Source: Flaccisagitta enflata (lineage: Eukaryota). Taken from it: a stretch of 64,000 nt of DNA. Location of the stretch: contig OZ231126.1 in the NCBI GenBank assembly GCA_965153355.1, forward strand, positions 23,622,001 to 23,686,000. The letters run 5' to 3'. The notes under the pieces were generated by a model that saw only the letters and a list, made by a program, of their open reading frames with translations, had not been told where the DNA came from and ran no database searches. Positions 49,775-63,100 of the stretch are shown here, one piece after another; the first letter of the stretch is position 1; each line of letters starts with the position of its first letter. The position numbers and the translations under genes were made by a program.

Positions 49775-52700
49775 GATGAGCATGTTGGCTTGTCTTTGCA
49801 GTCCTGCGCTGAATGGTTTGGGCAGAAACAGTGAAAACATAGACGTTTCTCAGCCAACTTCTTCACACGATCCTCTGCTGACGGGATGGCTTCCAGAACG
49901 TTGCACGAATGGGAATTATGACGACCTCCACAAATATTGCAGATGTCGTTGGGTTGTTGCTTCGGAGGTGAGTTGACGAGCTGTTCCTTGAACGTCGCCG
50001 GACCAACTGCCGTCGCTGCGACCTTTGTCGGTTTTGGCGCCATGCGTGTTGGTTCTTTGAGGTTGTTGTACGATACCCAATGCTTCACCTCCTCGATGAG
50101 TTCTTGGAAGCCGTAGGCCGTGCCGTGGCGGGCTTGTTCACGCGCGCTCGCTTTCCAATAGTCCGTCGAGATATGTGGCACCCTCGCGTTGATGATGCGG
50201 CGGATGTGGACGTCACGATCACACTCTCCAGGTACATTCAGCAATTCTGCGACGCTTTCCAGCTTGTACAACGTGCCAATCAATGCTTGATGGGCTCTCA
50301 TGTCGTTTTCTGGAACCTTTCCTTTCCTGCAGATGCTGTCGACGGCCGATTGGAATGGGTTGGCGCTCGTGTTGAACATCTCGTCCAGGCGTTTCCACAA
50401 AGTGCTGTAGACACGGCGCATATTGTGCGCCCTGATGATAAGTTGTTGACCGTTGATGATTTCCTTCGCTGGATTCGCGAAGACGTTGGCCAATTCAGTC
50501 ACTTTGTCAATTTCGTCCAGCTCGATGTTGGAGGCGGCATTTTCGAATTTGGATTTGGCAATGATATAGTCGATCGGCTCGAGGTATCCATACGCTTCTC
50601 TTGGACGTGCTGCGCGCATTTCCCTCAATCCCACGTCTTTTGCTCTGACGCGGGCGTCGTAGGCGATCGGGTTGTCCATGAAGGAGACCGCGTTCATCCT
50701 CTCGGCGAAAGACTGCGAATGCGCGAGGCCGTTTCGTGCGGAGTCACTTCCGGTTTGACGTCTTTGATACGTAGGAGGCGACGGCGTTGGGGGCGGCGTC
50801 TTCCTCGACTTCCGTCTGTCGACGCGCTCGAACCCTTCGTCGCCAAAGACGTCGTCAACCAGGGGGCGCTGACTCCCGCGTGCGTGGCGTGATGCTTGCG
50901 GAGCTGGAAGATCACCCGCGATCTGGCGGACGATGACGGGTGAGCTTGGCGATGGCGGCGTCGATTTACGCGGTGGAGCACGTGTCTGCAAAACGACGCT
51001 GTCCTCCAGGTTGAGGTCTCTGATCAATTGTTGGAACCTTGCCATTGCGTCCGCGTGATCCATCGCGTGCTTTTCTTGCTCCGCTGCATCTTGTCTCGTG
51101 CGCAGTTGCTCGTGGAGAGGATGTTCACGTGCGGCTGGGGGTGGCGTTCTTGATGGTAGTTGTCTCTGCTGGCCTTTTCTTTGTGCCTCCTCCCTTCCTC
51201 TTCTCCTCCTCCTCCTCCTCTTCCTTCTTCTTCTCTTCCTCCTTTTTCTTTTCTTCGTGTCTTTTCTTCTCCTCCATCCTCTTTCTTTCTTCCGCGTCTC
51301 TTTTGCCACCGCCTTCCTTCTCTCCTCCTCTGCTTTCCTCTCTGCTTCCTTCCTTTTCTTTTCTTCTCTCCTCTCTTCTCTCTTTTCTCCTGTGCGATCT
51401 TGTTTTTCAAGTTCGTCCTCCTTTCCTCCTCCTGCTCCTTTCTCGTCTCCTCTGCCTTCCTTCTCACTTCTTCAGCGTGGATGCGTTGTCTTTCCTCCTC
51501 CTCCTCCTTCTCTTTCTTCCTCCTCTCCTCCTCCTCCCTTCTTTTCCTCTCGTCGATTCCGGCCGTGACTGCGTCTGTCCGGGCAGTAACGGCTGCGTCT
51601 AATGCGATGTTTGTCGTCAACTGCCGGGCGTTCTCTTCGCGTTGTTGAGATACAGACTGCGAGCTGAGACGGAATCGCGTATTTACGCGTGCTTCTCTCG
51701 CCACCAAGCGTCGAACTTGATTAATGTCGTTGACGAGACGTTTGACGACATGCACCATCGCGTCGCCTTGAGCGTCTCTGTCGCCGTCAATAATCGACTG
51801 CTGTAACATGTTGAGAAGATCTTGTGTGGGAGGGGCGCCACCAACGGCGCCTGGAGGGAGGTCGGCGTCGTCGTTCGGCCATGACGTTTCCATCGCGTCG
51901 TCGGCGTCGTCGCCTTCGTCGTCTCTGGCCGACATAAAACGCGACCTCGCCGGCGTCACCGGCGTTGGAGGTTCGAAGTTTATACGTATTTCCTCGGCGT
52001 CTTCTATCGCGCCTGGCGTATGGGGCGGCGCGTTGTGACGTTGCTCCGCTGCATTGAGGTTCGCTGCTTCCGTGCCGACGGGCAAGTCGTCCTCTCCCGC
52101 GTCTTCATCGTCGCCGGTCACGTTCGGCGTTGATTTGCGTCGTCGTGAAAGGGATTGGACGAAATGCGTCGACGACCCCATCGTCATCTCGAGAGCGCGT
52201 TTTGCCCAGTCTCTGGTGACTCGTCGGGATGTCGGGTAAGTCGTGGCAGGAATAAATGCGACGCAAAAGTGTTTTTGTCGTGGAAGCATGATTGGTCCCA
52301 CAGTTTCCGTACTTCTGTCAATGAGCTTTCGGCCGTCGATAACAGTGACGCCGCTTTGTCGGGGTTGTTGGTCGACTCTGCATGTGCGTAAGTCTTTGTC
52401 TGGTTGACAAGTCGCCACGCCGCTAACCACACTTCCTTTCGAAGGCAGTCCATATCTTGGTAAAAGTCCAATATATCGTCGTCGTTGAGAGTATCGGCGG
52501 TTTTCAACGCCGACATGTAGGCGTTGCGTGTGTTGCGTAGTGCCTTTCGTAACCCGCGAAGCGTCGTATCAACGAGGTCCATTGCGCCCGCGTAGACGGA
52601 TGAGTCGGAAACGACGGACACGCAGTCGGTTGGTCGAAAGGCTTTTCTGCGTTGATTGGGCAGCGAAGGTGGCGGCATTGATATCGCGGCAGTGTTGGCG

Positions 52701-53545
52701 TAGTTGTTGGCGGTCGACATCGTTGACGCTGTGTGGATCGGTGATGGTTTTTGATTCCACGAATTGAGATCGTTTAGCGTCTAGTTTCTTAGCAAGCTCC
52801 TGATGCGCAATCGCGAGAACTGACTCCACTGCGTAGCTGCAAGACGGGGAACGCACACCCGCTTAGGAACGAATTGTTGAGATGAGCGGTCAAGTTGTCC
52901 GCGAAATCAGTCTATTCATGGAATCCTGACGGATAGAGAAAAAGGAAAAAGGTTAGGACAAGCTCTGTACATCAATGAAGGATACTTCTGTATGGCGCCA
53001 AATGATAAAAGGTCAAGGACTTACACGGATGTTGTCGAACGGTTTCCAATCTAGGCGCAGGGCAGGGAAGTCGGGGAAAAGCATCAAAATCGAGTCTTTA
53101 ACTGAGATCGTGAAATCGAATGTCAGTAAGAAAGTCAGGGAAGCTACTTTTACTTAACCTGGAAATAAATAAAATGAATCAAAGCATCACGAGATTTGAA
53201 ATTATTTGGCAGCAATGAAACAATGATAAATAGACTCGTCACGTCGTGGGAATTCGATAGAGGGGTCGAAGTCTTTTCTCCTCTAAGCGGTTGAGGAGAT
53301 ATAGTCCATCAATCCTCAACCGGAAGTCAGCGCTTCCGGCGTGCGCGCGCGTTCCTCCCCTTCCTCCGTCGATCGAAGATCTCTCTCCTTCTTCCTCGAT
53401 TTCCTCCACTCTGCAGTCGAGCAGACGCCATCTTGGATTTTCGGCAGCGAGAGAGCCCCTCCTCTTCTTCGGGATCCGCGGAGTCGACTGCATCCGATCG
53501 AGCGCTTCTTGACCTGGAATGGTGGGGAATGTGCAGAATGTCACA
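49775..53545 (-). mobile_element. BEL/Pao LTR retrotransposon remnant: 5' LTR + frameshifted gag, pol deleted
   Basis: gag pieces 52184-52720, 51024-52430 and 49717-51309 end in zinc knuckles CNICGGRH....C and CFHCFCPNH....C, then break off into microsatellite. Putative LTR 52875-53545 (TGT...ACA), followed by a degenerate PBS-like TCGTTCCTAAGCGGG. Confidence 0.78.
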
Positions 53546-53597
53546 GGGCCCCTGCCCACCCGCACGCGACTAGGGTAGCCGTGTATCCGGCCTTGTT
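53546..53597 (+). mobile_element. 3' end of a Helentron-like copy cut by the LTR insertion
   Basis: gggcccctgcccacccgcacgcgactagggtagccgtgtatccggccttgtt closely matches 28363-28414 and begins exactly at the LTR edge. Confidence 0.75.
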
Positions 53598-54180
53598 GCA
53601 TTATGTCCTTATCTTTTATTGCAGTAGAGAAAAATCATACTGTATTAGCCATTCTTTGGCTCCAAATCAACCATCAAAGGCCTTTTATCAGCCCTCTCAT
53701 GATATTATACTTAAACTTTGCAAAATTCAAATCTGCTTTTGTATGCGCATAACAGCACAAACCTAGTTTCTTCAAGCCTTTTCAAAAGCCTAATTCTGAC
53801 TATGTTCTTCCTAGGTCTCCTGATCTTTTACTTTGATATCTCCTTCAATTTTGGCTATTCCAACTTACTGAGAAAATACACTTCTATATTCATGATCATT
53901 AGCCTCTTTGGGCCAATGATTTACTCTCACCGCACTTCTACAGCAGAACAGCACAAGTGATCTTCAAATGACTTGTTCTTTCATCTACTCTTCATCAATA
54001 TTGCTTGCTCCATCTATTTCTTTTTCCCTCCCCTCTTTTCTTTTCCTCTTGATGCTACTCAACCTTTTCCTTTCCCCAACAAATACCTCTATAGTGAGTT
54101 ACGTGATCTCTTACAAATAACCCTGGAATGAAACATAATTGATTGACAAACTACCCTCATTCCCTTTTACACACACACAC

Positions 54181-54293
<113 letters not shown>

Positions 54294-54559
54294 CAGGGTC
54301 TTAAATGCAAGTTATCACAATTGTTTACAGTAAACAGTTTATCAAAAAATCATCACTTTTTTGCATGCATGAATAATGTTCATATCGAGGCAAAATTTGT
54401 TCACTTCCTATCATGAGACAGGATTACTTGAGTAAAATGTCTCAAGTACCTTGATTATTCAAAAACTGTCTACTTCTGTAAGATAAACCATCAAAAGGAG
54501 ATGCTAATTTACATTATGCCATATCCAAATGATTGGTCAGTTCATCAGCTAAACATAAC

Positions 54560-54770
54560 TTTTTAGTCGCGTGCACGCGACTCTACATTCCGCTTTTTCT
54601 GTCCATCCATCCTTCTCTTGATGGGTTTGTCAGTCCCATACTTATACTAACAATTTCATTTTTTCAAGTCATTTAAGGTTATTTTAGGGTATACCAAGTC
54701 ATTCTAATCATTCTATGTCATTTTAAATGTAAGTCTTGCACGCGACTTATAAATATTAACCGTGTTTGTT
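54560..54770 (+). mobile_element. Helentron-like non-autonomous element
   Basis: tttttagtcgcgtgcacgcgactctac ... cacgcgactt ... ccgtgtttgtt. Confidence 0.65.
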
Positions 54771-55419
54771 ATATCTATGGACTTTTTCTTCAATGATGCC
54801 ATAGCTGAAATGCCTGATAACCCCTTCCCCTGCTCAGCCCCATGCAACATTTAGGCTTTGAAAAATTCTCTATCAATTTAACATAACATAGAGATTGAGT
54901 AAGGAGGATTATACCAATAAATGAAGAATAATCGATAATTTACTGCTTATTTGTTCAAATAATGCTCAATACGGGGCCCTAAGAGCCAATTATTCCCCCA
55001 TAAGAGGGCAAAGTTGCTCATAAATGTTTCAGGTGGACTAAATTCATCTATTGGAGGTATATTTATGCAATTTTTGTGATTTAAATGCAACTACATCTTT
55101 GTAAACTGACAAAAAATGGCAAAAAATGAGTGAAAAGGTCATATATGCTCGTTACCGGGCCAGGGCAAGTTCTAGACATCGTTTTTTTGCATTTTTGACT
55201 TTACCAATGGATTCCCCATGCAAAAACACCCAAGATAGGGGGGCGCCACCTAGAGAAAACTTTCATGTTGACAAAAAAAAATATAGTTAATGATGCAGTT
55301 GTCATTTTGTTTGTGTATGTATTGCGGTGTGTGTGGACAGGGGTTTGTACAGGCCTACCGGCCTACCCATCTGTCCGCAATGGTAAAAGCCAATGGTATT
55401 GTTTTGCCGGGTTGCGTGT

Positions 55420-55822
55420 TTTTGGGCAGCGGCCCCGAAGGGGACGAAGTCCTGTTAAACACAGGGAGACTTTTGTTTGTCTGTTCATTTGTCCGTCTGT
55501 TCATTCATTTGTTAGTCCCCCCAGGCCTGAAATCTGCCCTCTCAGGCCTGAAACCAATCCTTTTTGGCCTTTCTCAGGCCTGAAACCAATCCTTTTTGGC
55601 CTTTCTTCTGCCCTCTCAGATGAAAGGCCTGAGGGGGCAGATTTCAGGCTTGAGAGAGCCTGGGGGGCTGACAGACGGACGAATGAACAAAAGTCCCCCT
55701 GTCCTCCACAGGACTTTGTCAAACTTAGGACCGCTGCCCTACTTCCTCGCATTCCAATTTACAACTATGCAAAGCAGGGCAACTGGTATCGCTGACCACA
55801 TATTGCCCTTGGGCGACCTGTT
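55420..55822 (+). mobile_element. Second non-autonomous repeat family with subterminal inverted repeats
   Basis: GGGCAGCGG...GACGAAGTCCTGT is inverted to ACAGGACTTTGTC...CCGCTGCCC; internal AGGCCTGAAA repeats; related fragments at ~16090-16230 and 18100-18200. Confidence 0.55.
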
Positions 55823-56194
55823 TTCTTTCTCGCCGGTTCTTTACACGCTTTCTTTTCGCCCCAGAGGGCAGGGCCAGTGATGTCCAAACGAGCAGGGTCA
55901 AGGATGCCGAGTGTGCTATCGAGACAAAGAGACATTTGGGGGCCAAGTTAATCCACGAGGTCAGTAGCAGTTAAGTTGAATAAAGAGATCGAGACAGCTG
56001 ACAGAAACGAATTTTTTCGCACTGTCATGCTAAAATAAAACAAGTGGCATTCGCTATAATGTGTTTCACGATTACTTGAGCAAGAATTAATTATGCAATA
56101 ACTAAAAAAAAACTATCCAATATGAGTGTTCAGAAAAATCTGTGTTATACATATTGGCCGCCTGTGGGCGGCCCTACAGCTTGTCCTCATAATG

Positions 56195-56430
56195 AAGCGG
56201 GGTTTGTAAATCAAATTTGTAATCATGGGGCTTGTAACCACGGGCTTGTAAATCAAGGGGCTTAATCACAATTTGCTTATAACCGCGGGGCTTATAACCG
56301 CGGGGCACACATTTGGAAAAGACTGGGTTGTGTGTGACACATTTGGAGAAAACTAGGTTATGTGACACACATTCGGAGAACTGGGTTGTGTGACACACAT
56401 TCAGGAAAGACTGGGTTGTGTCACACTCAT
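56195..56430. repeat. 15-bp and ~29-bp minisatellites
   Basis: GGGCTTGTAA-type units, then ACTGGGTTGTGTGACACACATT-type units truncated at 56430 by the LTR. Confidence 0.8.
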
Positions 56431-56984
56431 TGTAAAGAACCGTAGAAAATACTGTCTCGTACCGTCATTAGGATCTTGCCGTCCACGCAACTTCCGACTG
56501 AAGACGCCACTTCCGGTTTGAATACGCCATCGCTACGCCAATCACGCCGAATAACGTCACTTCCGGTGGCGCTGGTTCCAACGTCAGTCTGTGGATGCTA
56601 TCTCTAATCACTAGGTAAGAAAGTGTATTTAAACTATTATATACAGGAAGAGAAAGAGGGAGAAACAGAAGAGAGAGGGGGGAAGGATTGGTTAATGTCT
56701 ACCAACTAACTAGCTAGTGTGTATCATCAGTAACTACCTCAATCAATTCAAGTCAATTGTCAACAAATGTAGCCAAGTACACTCACCACAGGTTCCACTG
56801 TAATCCCCAAAGTGCTTCCAGGTTGAATTGCTTGTTAAAATACACTGATTAACTGAAAGAAAGAATGCATCCAGATAATCAAATATATCATCACAAGCAA
56901 ATGAATAGCAACGCCAACGAAAGGACAATGAAATAGATCGCAGTACAAAGGCGCCAAATGCCAAAATATCAACGATATTCCACA
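56431..56984 (-). repeat. Putative 3' LTR of the BEL/Pao element
   Basis: Starts TGTGGA right after the PPT and ends ...CTTTACA where the flanking minisatellite is cut (alternative end at 56590, TCCACA). The partner LTR is outside the window, so this is unverified. Confidence 0.6.
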
Positions 56985-57117
56985 GTCCCCCCGTTGGAAT
57001 CCCATTCCAACCTAGTCACACCGTCCCGCCTCAAAAAAAAAACGAGGAGAGACCAAGGATCAAGTCACCTGAAATGAGCGGACGAACGGACGGCGAAAGG
57101 AGCAGCGCGAGACGCGC

Positions 57118-58972
57118 CTAGCGACGCGAAGGCGCCGCGCCACGCTGTCCTTGTGGCTGCGGAGCGCGCTGCGCGTCAGGATCGGCGGCAGGCGGCTGCT
57201 GATACCGCTGCTGCTGCTGATGCCCTTGACGCTGACCACCGCGTCCGTGGTGTCGAGGGCGAGGCGAGGAGGTGGCAACAGGCGCCATCGCTTCTGTCGC
57301 CGCAGTACGCCCGAGAAGACACACCCCGCGAAAAAAGTCTTCAAAACTCGACGGGGGGGTTGAAAAAGACGCGTTAGGGAGGAAGGGGGTTGCCTCCCTG
57401 TAGCGCCTCGATAAGTCTTCATCATCAAGAGTTTGATTTGACCGAAATCCGCCGTGGTCGCGGCGCCAGCCTCCACGGCCGCGGCCATTACCACGGCCAG
57501 TTCCACGGCCAGCTTGGCTGATGTTGTCTTTGAGGGTTGGGGATTTGAGGCCGGGGATGGATGAAGGCCGAAGCGGCAGCCATCGCCTTCCTCCGAATGC
57601 TTCCCTTCCTTTTGAAGAGGATGAAGAAGACGACGGTGGGTCCGCCTTTGGGGTGACCACAGGAACCCCCCCGGCAGCACCCTCCTCCTCCTGCTTCTTC
57701 TTCTTCTTTGAGGGCTTCTCCCTCTCCTTCCTTTCCTTCGCCTTTTCCTTCATCTCCCTTTCCATCTCCTCCATTTCCCGCTGCATCCCTTCCAATCTCT
57801 CCTTCTCCCGCTCAACCTCTGCCTTCACTTCTTCCATCTGCTTCCTCTTTTCCTCTATCTTTTCCTTCAATCCATCCCTCTCCTCCTTGTATTCCAACTG
57901 CCTCTTCCTCCTATTCTCCCTAAACTTCAAATTCTTCCTCCTCTGCCTCTCCTGCTTCTTCGTCCATCCCCCCTGCTCCCCTTCCTCCTCATCCTCAACT
58001 CCTCCTCCCTCCCCCTGTCTACGCACCACCACATCATCCGCTTCCAAATCCCTCGGCTCCGGCCCCACATTCGCCACCGCCCCCGCACCTCGCCACTCAG
58101 GAAGGAGAGGGCACCCCCACAATTGATTGGGCATCCTCACTGCCCTTTCTGGCCCTGCGTCACCCCTCGAATTCCACACCATCTCCCTCTTCCTCCACTT
58201 ATCCATCTCCGCCGTCAACAACCCGTCCAACTCCGCGATCCTCAGCTTCCCCTTCCTCTTCTTCGCGTCTTCCGTCGCCACCGCCTCCTTAAACCGCACC
58301 ACCACCTCCGTCTCCTCCATCGCCGAGTCGCCGCGCAAACACGGCCACCGCGGCGGCTCCCTCGTCTCCGGCTCCCACAGCCCATACGCCGTACACACTC
58401 CCGGCTTCTTCGCAAACCTCCGCATCGCCATCTTCACTCTGCCCTGACTACACCACAACAGCACCATAGGTGACGAGGCGTGAGCCTATCGCGCATGGCC
58501 GATTTTGTAGATGTCGGGCCATCTTCACTAGGATCCAGTCCATTTCGCCATCGACCTTAATCAGCTGGGCCACGTACACATTGGGGTAGCGCTTCTGACC
58601 GACATGGAAGAACACCAAGGCCGCCAAATTGGTGGCCATGATGTCTCTCTGCGCTTCGGTCGAGAACTGCCACTCATCAAATTCTTCCGTCAATGCGTTG
58701 GAACCTCTACACATCCGGAAGGATCCCACCATGTCTGCTACTTCCGTCCTGCTCTTCTTCTTCCTCTCCCCGTCCTTCTCCACCGCCACCGCCAACTGCG
58801 GACCCCCTGGCAACACCAAATCACTATTACTATATTCCACCGGCACCTCCTCCGACTCCACCCTCCTCGGCTCCATCGCCTCATCCTCCATCTGCACCAA
58901 ATCAAACTCGTATCCTCCTCCTAACCCCTCCTCACACTCCTCTCCAGTCACACCGACATGGTGGGATGACAT
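57118..58972 (-). pseudogene. Accessory ORF of the BEL/Pao element (two overlapping frames, charged coiled-coil protein, not env-like)
   Basis: ORF from MSSHHVG (58972) to 58448 overlaps ORF 58467-57118 by 20 nt; E/K/R-rich helix; lies between the integrase stop and the PPT. Confidence 0.6.
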
Positions 58973-59227
58973 TCTCTCCGGAATGTGGCGTCCACAACGA
59001 TTGACAATTGTACAAGAGATTGTTTTTAAGCGTGTTGACAATGTTAGTGAATCTTTCCTACAATCCTTCAAACAAAGGGGCAAAATTACAAATGCAAATT
59101 CAATGTAGCAAATCAAAAACATGGGGACTGGGGCGGGTTGGGGGGGCACGAGGGAAACACACCTAAGGAGAAAGGGGCAAAAATAACAAAATATCACAGG
59201 CCAATTGAAGCAATAAACTCGGCATAG

Positions 59228-60181
59228 TCACGCCGACAAACGCGCCGGGTCAAGTTCCAATCGGACTACTTTACTCCTATCACGTGTGAATTTCTTCCTA
59301 TTTGCCGTCCTCACTACCACAGTCCGTACGACGTCGCCTCCATCGACTTCCGTGATGACGCCGGTGCGCCAATCTCCTCGTCGACATTGATCATCTACCA
59401 TGAGGACGACGTCGTCAATCTCCAAATCTTTCTCCACCCTGCGCCATTTTGGTCGCGCCTGCAAGGCCGAGACATAGTCTCTTTTCCACCTTCTCCAAAA
59501 AGCGTCGGCAATCGCGCGTGATTGGCGCCAAGTATAACGAAGTGCTTCAGCATCTGGAGGCGAGGGGGGCACAAGGTCACAACCGGAAGACGCGTATATA
59601 CCAGGGCAAAGAAAGTCAATTGGCCGCAGAGCCTGGATCCCCGGCTCATCACCCACGTAGGTAATCGGCCGCGAATTCATGGCTAGCTCTGCCTGAGCCA
59701 ACACTGTTGCAAAAGTCTCGATGTGGAGATTGTCTTGGTTCAACACAAACGCCAAATGTTTTTTTGCAGATTGAACCAAGCGCTCCCACACTCCACCTCG
59801 ATGTGGCGCAACAGGCGGGTTAAAAGTCCATTGTATGCCCGTCAGCCTCAACTCGGGTTTTGCGGACAAATTCCATGTCTCCATTTCCGCGCGCAGTTCT
59901 TTGTCGGACGCGGTGAAGTTGGTGCCATTGTCCGAATACAAATGGCGAATCGCGGGGCGGCGAGCTGGGAACCGCAGGAGGGCGTCGATGAAGCAAGAGG
60001 CGCTCATGTATCTCAATATCTCAAAATGCACTGCGCGGCACGCAAGGCAGGTAAAAAGCGCGACGTACACTTTGTGAGATGCTCTCCCGGCGATTTTGCA
60101 AGAAGCAGGTCCAAAAATATCCACCCCCGTATTCTCAAAGGGCAAACACTTTTTGGTCCTCACTTCCGGTAGTGGTGCCAT
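59228..60181 (-). CDS. BEL/Pao integrase core and C-terminal domain (fragment of disrupted pol)
   Basis: MAPLPEVR..PFENTGVDIFGP, SDNGTNF and GGVWERLV carry the DDE motifs. Confidence 0.85.
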   Translation of the reverse strand: MAPLPEVRTKKCLPFENTGVDIFGPASCKIAGRASHKVYVALFTCLACRAVHFEILRYMSASCFIDALLRFPARRPAIRHLYSDNGTNFTASDKELRAEMETWNLSAKPELRLTGIQWTFNPPVAPHRGGVWERLVQSAKKHLAFVLNQDNLHIETFATVLAQAELAMNSRPITYVGDEPGIQALRPIDFLCPGIYASSGCDLVPPSPPDAEALRYTWRQSRAIADAFWRRWKRDYVSALQARPKWRRVEKDLEIDDVVLMVDDQCRRGDWRTGVITEVDGGDVVRTVVVRTANRKKFTRDRSKVVRLELDPARLSA

Positions 60182-63100
60182 CAGCTGACATCAGCTGACT
60201 TTCATGGCGTTTAAATTGTTTTTGACACTCCACACACGCGCTGACGACGCGCGTCACAGACCGGCGTCCTTTCGTGATCCAGAAGCGGCGTCGCGATTCA
60301 CCCAGTACTTGTTCCACGCCGGCGTGCAGACGGAAGTGGATAGACCGATCGTTGGCGCACGGCCCGCCATCGCAGGGAAGTATCATTGGGATTTTACGCT
60401 AGTCCACCCCTGCCACGCTGAGTCGCCCTCTGCATCGCAGCAAACCGCGCCGCCAATCGAAGGGGCATAACGCCGCCAGAGGCGATTTTGCGGCGACTTT
60501 CTTAGCTCCAACCGGATCACATTGTTGCAGGGATCTAATTTCCGCGTGGAAGGCTTGGGATTGAATGGCGCTGACGATCAACTCCTTCGCCGCCGCCAAT
60601 CTGACGCTGTGGGCTTTTTCCAACTTTTGTCGGCGTTGCGCAGATAACGCCCAAGCGCCGATTAAGTGGACGATGCACGCTATGATCGTATGCTTAAAGA
60701 AAAGGAAGCGCCTCAACTTTCCTGGGCCCACGCCGCCACTTTCGCTGACGCCGAATTTCCACGATTGAGGCGGCGTTTTTTCGGTGCCTCGCTGCCGCGA
60801 GGATGTGAAAGGGAATGGGCGAATCGATCTGCTTTTCCGGCCATTCGTCTTCACCTCGCCAAAGATAATCCGGGCCGTTGTGGAACCTGCCCCAATTTGG
60901 ATCTTGTGCGAGCATCCCTTTGGAAGAGTAGTCGGCTGGGTTGAGGTGGGTTGGTACCCACCTCCACTCCTCGACCTTCGTAAGCGCTTTCTGAATTTCA
61001 GAGAGACGATTGGCAAAGTAAACCTTGAACCTTGTTTCAGTGTCATTTCATTGCTTAATCACACATTCAGAATCGGTCCAATTTACATAACCATCATAAC
61101 TCCCTGTTTCTTCAACAATGGTGGCGCGCATTCTGGCCGCGAGGCGTGCTGCTTGAAGCTCCAAGCGTGGCGTCGACTCCATGTGACCCGCCTCCACATC
61201 CTTCAGAGGGACGACGTGCGATTTGGAGCATATAATGGACACGTGGACTTCGCCATTTGGACCCTCGTAGCGGACGTAGGTACACGGCTCCATACGCCCG
61301 TCCACTCGCATCCGAATACCCGTGGAGGACCTTTTTGCCGTCCTGCGTTTCCGGCGTCGCCGTCCATCTCGTGATGCGGAATGACTCCAGGAATTTGAAG
61401 CTCGCCTGCCATTCCACAAACTCGTTGAGGGACACAGTTGGAATGTCTTTGCTGTCCCAACTTTCGACGACGCGCAACACTTTTTGCAGAATTAGCCTTG
61501 CCCAATTCACGAAGGCTCCAAAAAACCCAGTGGGTCAAATATGGACGCTATTAATTTGAGCATTTGTCTCTTGGTCTGCACATTCACCCGGCTTTGACTT
61601 ATCTGGCAAAGCAAAGGCATCGGCAGAAAACGAATATCTAAGGCCTAACACCTTGTCGTGTCATCAGCGGCGCCGGATACATCCATAGGTGCCGCCGGCG
61701 CCTGATCCGTCGTGTCGCCTTCAAGAACTTCCGGATGGCTTGATCTCCATTTGCATAGGTTCATGCCGGCGTCCTCGAGGGCGGCCGTGATGCCCACGCG
61801 AAAGTCTTTTGCCACTTTGGTATTGCGCAGTGATTTTATCAAATCATCAATGTACATGTTCCTCATCACTGCTTGAACCACGAGGGGGCCATACTCAGTC
61901 GAATGCTGTTCCACGTGGTGTTGCAGAGTGAAGATCGCTACACAATTTGATGATTTTGCCCCGAAGACGTGACCGAGAAACTCGTTCAGGTCAATTTCCT
62001 CCATCTTTTCATCGCGAAACCAGTAGTAGCGGAAAAGACCTGCGTCCTCTTCGGTGACATAGATTTCGTGGAAGTAGTCCTTAATGTCCGCGCCCACCGC
62101 GACAGGGCCTTCACACCGGAAGCGCATCAACACGCCTCTGATGTCGTTGGCAAGCTGTGGTCCGTCCAAGAGCTGGTCGTTAAGGTTTGATCCACCCACT
62201 GCTGCTTTACAATCGTGGCAGATGCGGACTTGCCCGGGCTTGCCGGGCTTGTCCGCCACATGGATTGGAATTGTCCATCTAGGTCGATCTGGTGGCATGT
62301 TGGCGTGCACATTTGGATCTATTCTCCTCACGCGCCCTTTTCCCAGAATTTGGCCATAGTTTCGAAGGAATGTTATTCGCGCTCTCTGTCCCGGTGACAA
62401 TTGTTTTTTCAGACAAACAAGTTGCGGTCTAGGGCCATCGTTGGGGAATCCAAATTGTTTAGTGCATCGGCAGTTGCTTGCCTTCCACCTTTATGAAGGA
62501 CTGGAGTTCGGTAGTGTTCCGTTTCCTGATCCCACCTGATGCCTTCCTTCATTTGGCGGATAGCAAACTTATCAATTAGAGACATTTCTCGCCATTTTCG
62601 CCACTTTTTCGAATTCACCGGCATTTATTCTTTTTATGGTTTTTGCCAAATCTGAATCAATGCTGTGAAAGGAAGCAAAGTTGCAAACAAAATATCGCGA
62701 GTCAGTGTTGTTTCTGGGGCCGATCAGACCGGCGCCGAGCGGCGTGGAAATTCCCATGGGCAATCCCTCGGCGCCTTTGTATGTCTCTCCGCCGATCCAG
62801 ATTCGAGCGTGTTCCGCGCCGATTATTACGCCGATGGAGCATCCGTCGTCGCCATCCGGAAACGCAGGAAATTCCAGGTCGACGAGATGCTCCATCCCGG
62901 CGGCATCTCAGCGCGTGGTGGTCGCCCTTCGATGCGATTATCTCCCAAAGATGGCGTTGTTGAGAGTGATACTGTAGCCGTTGGTACCTTCAATTACTAC
63001 ATCTGCCACTTCCCTCTCTCCTTCCACCATCTTCTCGAGGGTGGTTATCGTCATCGTCGTTTTCCTCCCACTTAGTTTTAATCTTTTACACAAGTCCTTC

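Noticed and set aside
56590-56984. Solo LTR or TIR element bounded by TGTGGA/TCCACA with GTC flanks
   Set aside because: The adjacent PPT and internal retroelement sequence argue for a 3' LTR; 3 bp is not the usual BEL TSD length, and the flanking minisatellite is cut at 56431.
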